Part shown: piece after piece, positions 62,601 to 64,000 of the stretch
Numbering within the stretch: position 1 is the stretch's first letter
Layout of the letters: every line of letters starts with the position of its first letter
Source of the DNA: Mobula hypostoma
Lineage: Eukaryota
Assembly (NCBI RefSeq): GCF_963921235.1
Contig: NC_086097.1
Location: forward strand, 201,254,001 to 201,318,000
Length of the DNA stretch: 64,000 nt
Direction: 5' to 3'
Program-made: the position numbers and the translations under genes
The notes under the pieces: generated by a model
Seen by the model: only the letters and a program-made list of their open reading frames with translations
The model's database searches: none
Told to the model about the DNA's origin: nothing

Positions 62601-64000
62601 TATCGAATTCTTCAATGTATTCATCATTGTAGTCTGTTGTTGGGGCGTAGACTTGTGCCACTGTGATGTTGAATGGCTTTACTCGCACGCGGATGGTCAT
62701 GAGCCTGCTTGACACTGGTTGGCATGCTAGGACTGCATTCTTGATGGATTTGTTGACTAGGAACCCTACGCCATTTTCATGTCTGTTCTCTTCTCCACTA
62801 TAATAGAGTTCATGTCCTTCCTCAGTATGCACTTCTCCAGCGTTCTTCCATCTGGCTTCACAGAGCCTGAGAAGGTGCCACTTGTTTCTTTCCATCTCAT
62901 GCGTGAGTTCCTTGAGTTTCCCTGCCTGGTTCAGCGTTCTTACATTCCATGTGGCAATTGTGATGTTCTCTCTGCCACGGATCTTCTGCGTCGAATCACC
63001 AGTAGCATATTTATCGCGCCCACCCTGGCGCAAGACGGATAGCGCAGTCATTGGTAACCCGGGCTGCAACCAATCTGGTGTGAAGTTGCTTTCTAGTGTG
63101 CTCATCATGCGGCATGTCTTGGGCATCTGAGAAACTTGGCGGAGCCCATCCCTCTCCAGGTTTGACCACAGCCGATTTCCTCCAACTAGGTGGCTCGCCT
63201 TGGTCATGAACACGTGGTCATTATAGTTCATCTGAGAACCTTTCTGCCCTAGCCGGTGACTTCATCTTGGAAGTCATTCACCCAGTGGTGCTGTGTAAAC
63301 ACCAACCCCTCACGTGGTTTAGCCCGCCGGCCTGCAGGTAGGTGACCAAAACTTCACACAATACTAAAAATTAGTCCTCACCATTGTCCTATACGACTTC
63401 AACATTACATCCCAACTCCGTACTTAATACTTTTATCTACGAGGGCCAATGTGCCAAAAGCTTTCTTTACAACCCTGTCTACCTGTGACTCCACCTTCAA
63501 TGAATTATGGGCCTGTATTACCAGATCCCTTTGTTCTACTACACTCCTTAGTGCCCTGCCACTCTCCCTGTCAGACCTACTCTGGCTGGTCCTACCAAGG
63601 TGCAAAACCTCACAGTCTGTATTGAATTCCATTTGCTATTTTCAGCCCATTTTTTCAGCTGGTCCAGATCCTGCTGCAAGCATTGATAGCCTTCCTCTCT
63701 GTCCACTACTAGTCTCGGAGTCATCTGCAAATAGGTGACAAACAACAGTGGACTGAGCACCAACCCCTGCAGCACTCAACCAGTCACAGGTTCTCGTCGA
63801 AGAGGCAGCCATCTACTACCACTCTCTGGCCTCTCCTACAAAGCCAATGTCTTATCAATTTTATACCTCACCTTGAATACCAAGTAGGCTGAACATTCTG
63901 GACCATCATCCCTTGTGGGACCCTGTCAAATGCCTTGCTGGAGTCCATGTAGCCACCATCCACTGCCTTGTCTTCATTAACTTTCCTGGTAACTTTCTCA
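59638..64000 (-). mobile_element. CR1 LINE (runs off the window edge), split by an RTE insertion
   Basis: Tail catagagtcatagaaa; ORF2 end 59800-60124; RT remnants resume at 63332 (ORFs 63405-63632 and 63548-63775). Confidence 0.85.
60125..63331 (-). mobile_element. Near full-length RTE LINE (5' UTR, APE endonuclease, RT), disrupted
   Basis: ORFs 62263-63231 (ATWNVRTL, QVYAPT, GDWNAKVG), 61815-62336 (GSDHD), 61413-61670 (KSAGVDNIPAE), 60005-60964 (RFADD, YACETWTL); (AAGG)-like tail; imperfect TSD ctgtaggt 60117-60124 / ctgcaggt 63332-63339. Confidence 0.9.

Overview
Eukaryotic (vertebrate) genomic DNA, most likely from a cartilaginous fish such as a ray. This is inferred from the repeat mix: CR1, Rex1/Babar, RTE, L1, Penelope-like elements, V-SINE and BEL/Pao. 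The window is almost entirely intronic. Three in-phase minus-strand coding exons (47830-47943, 44231-44376, 39798-39957) splice into 140 aa of coiled coil that matches the C-terminal half of CCDC178 as I recall it. Much of the window is a nested stack of retroelement copies, and nearly all ORFs in the track are transposon fragments or their antisense shadows. Most notable items: (i) a 1.36-kb ORF1-only L1 with intact ORF1p, intact 5' end and a perfect 17-bp TSD (HAL1-like or internally primed); (ii) a TSD-flanked 3.5-kb fold-back Penelope element, plus decayed minimal hammerhead ribozyme motifs in Penelope termini across the window; (iii) an RTE insertion carrying about 127 nt of unexplained 5' sequence inside its TSD; (iv) a CpG-rich 690-bp non-coding retroposon; (v) a possible HDV-like fold at an RTE 5' end. 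No prokaryotic-type system (CRISPR, operon) is present. I cannot show that any of these is a wholly new system. Boundaries of old repeats are approximate, and family names come from motif recognition, not database searches.
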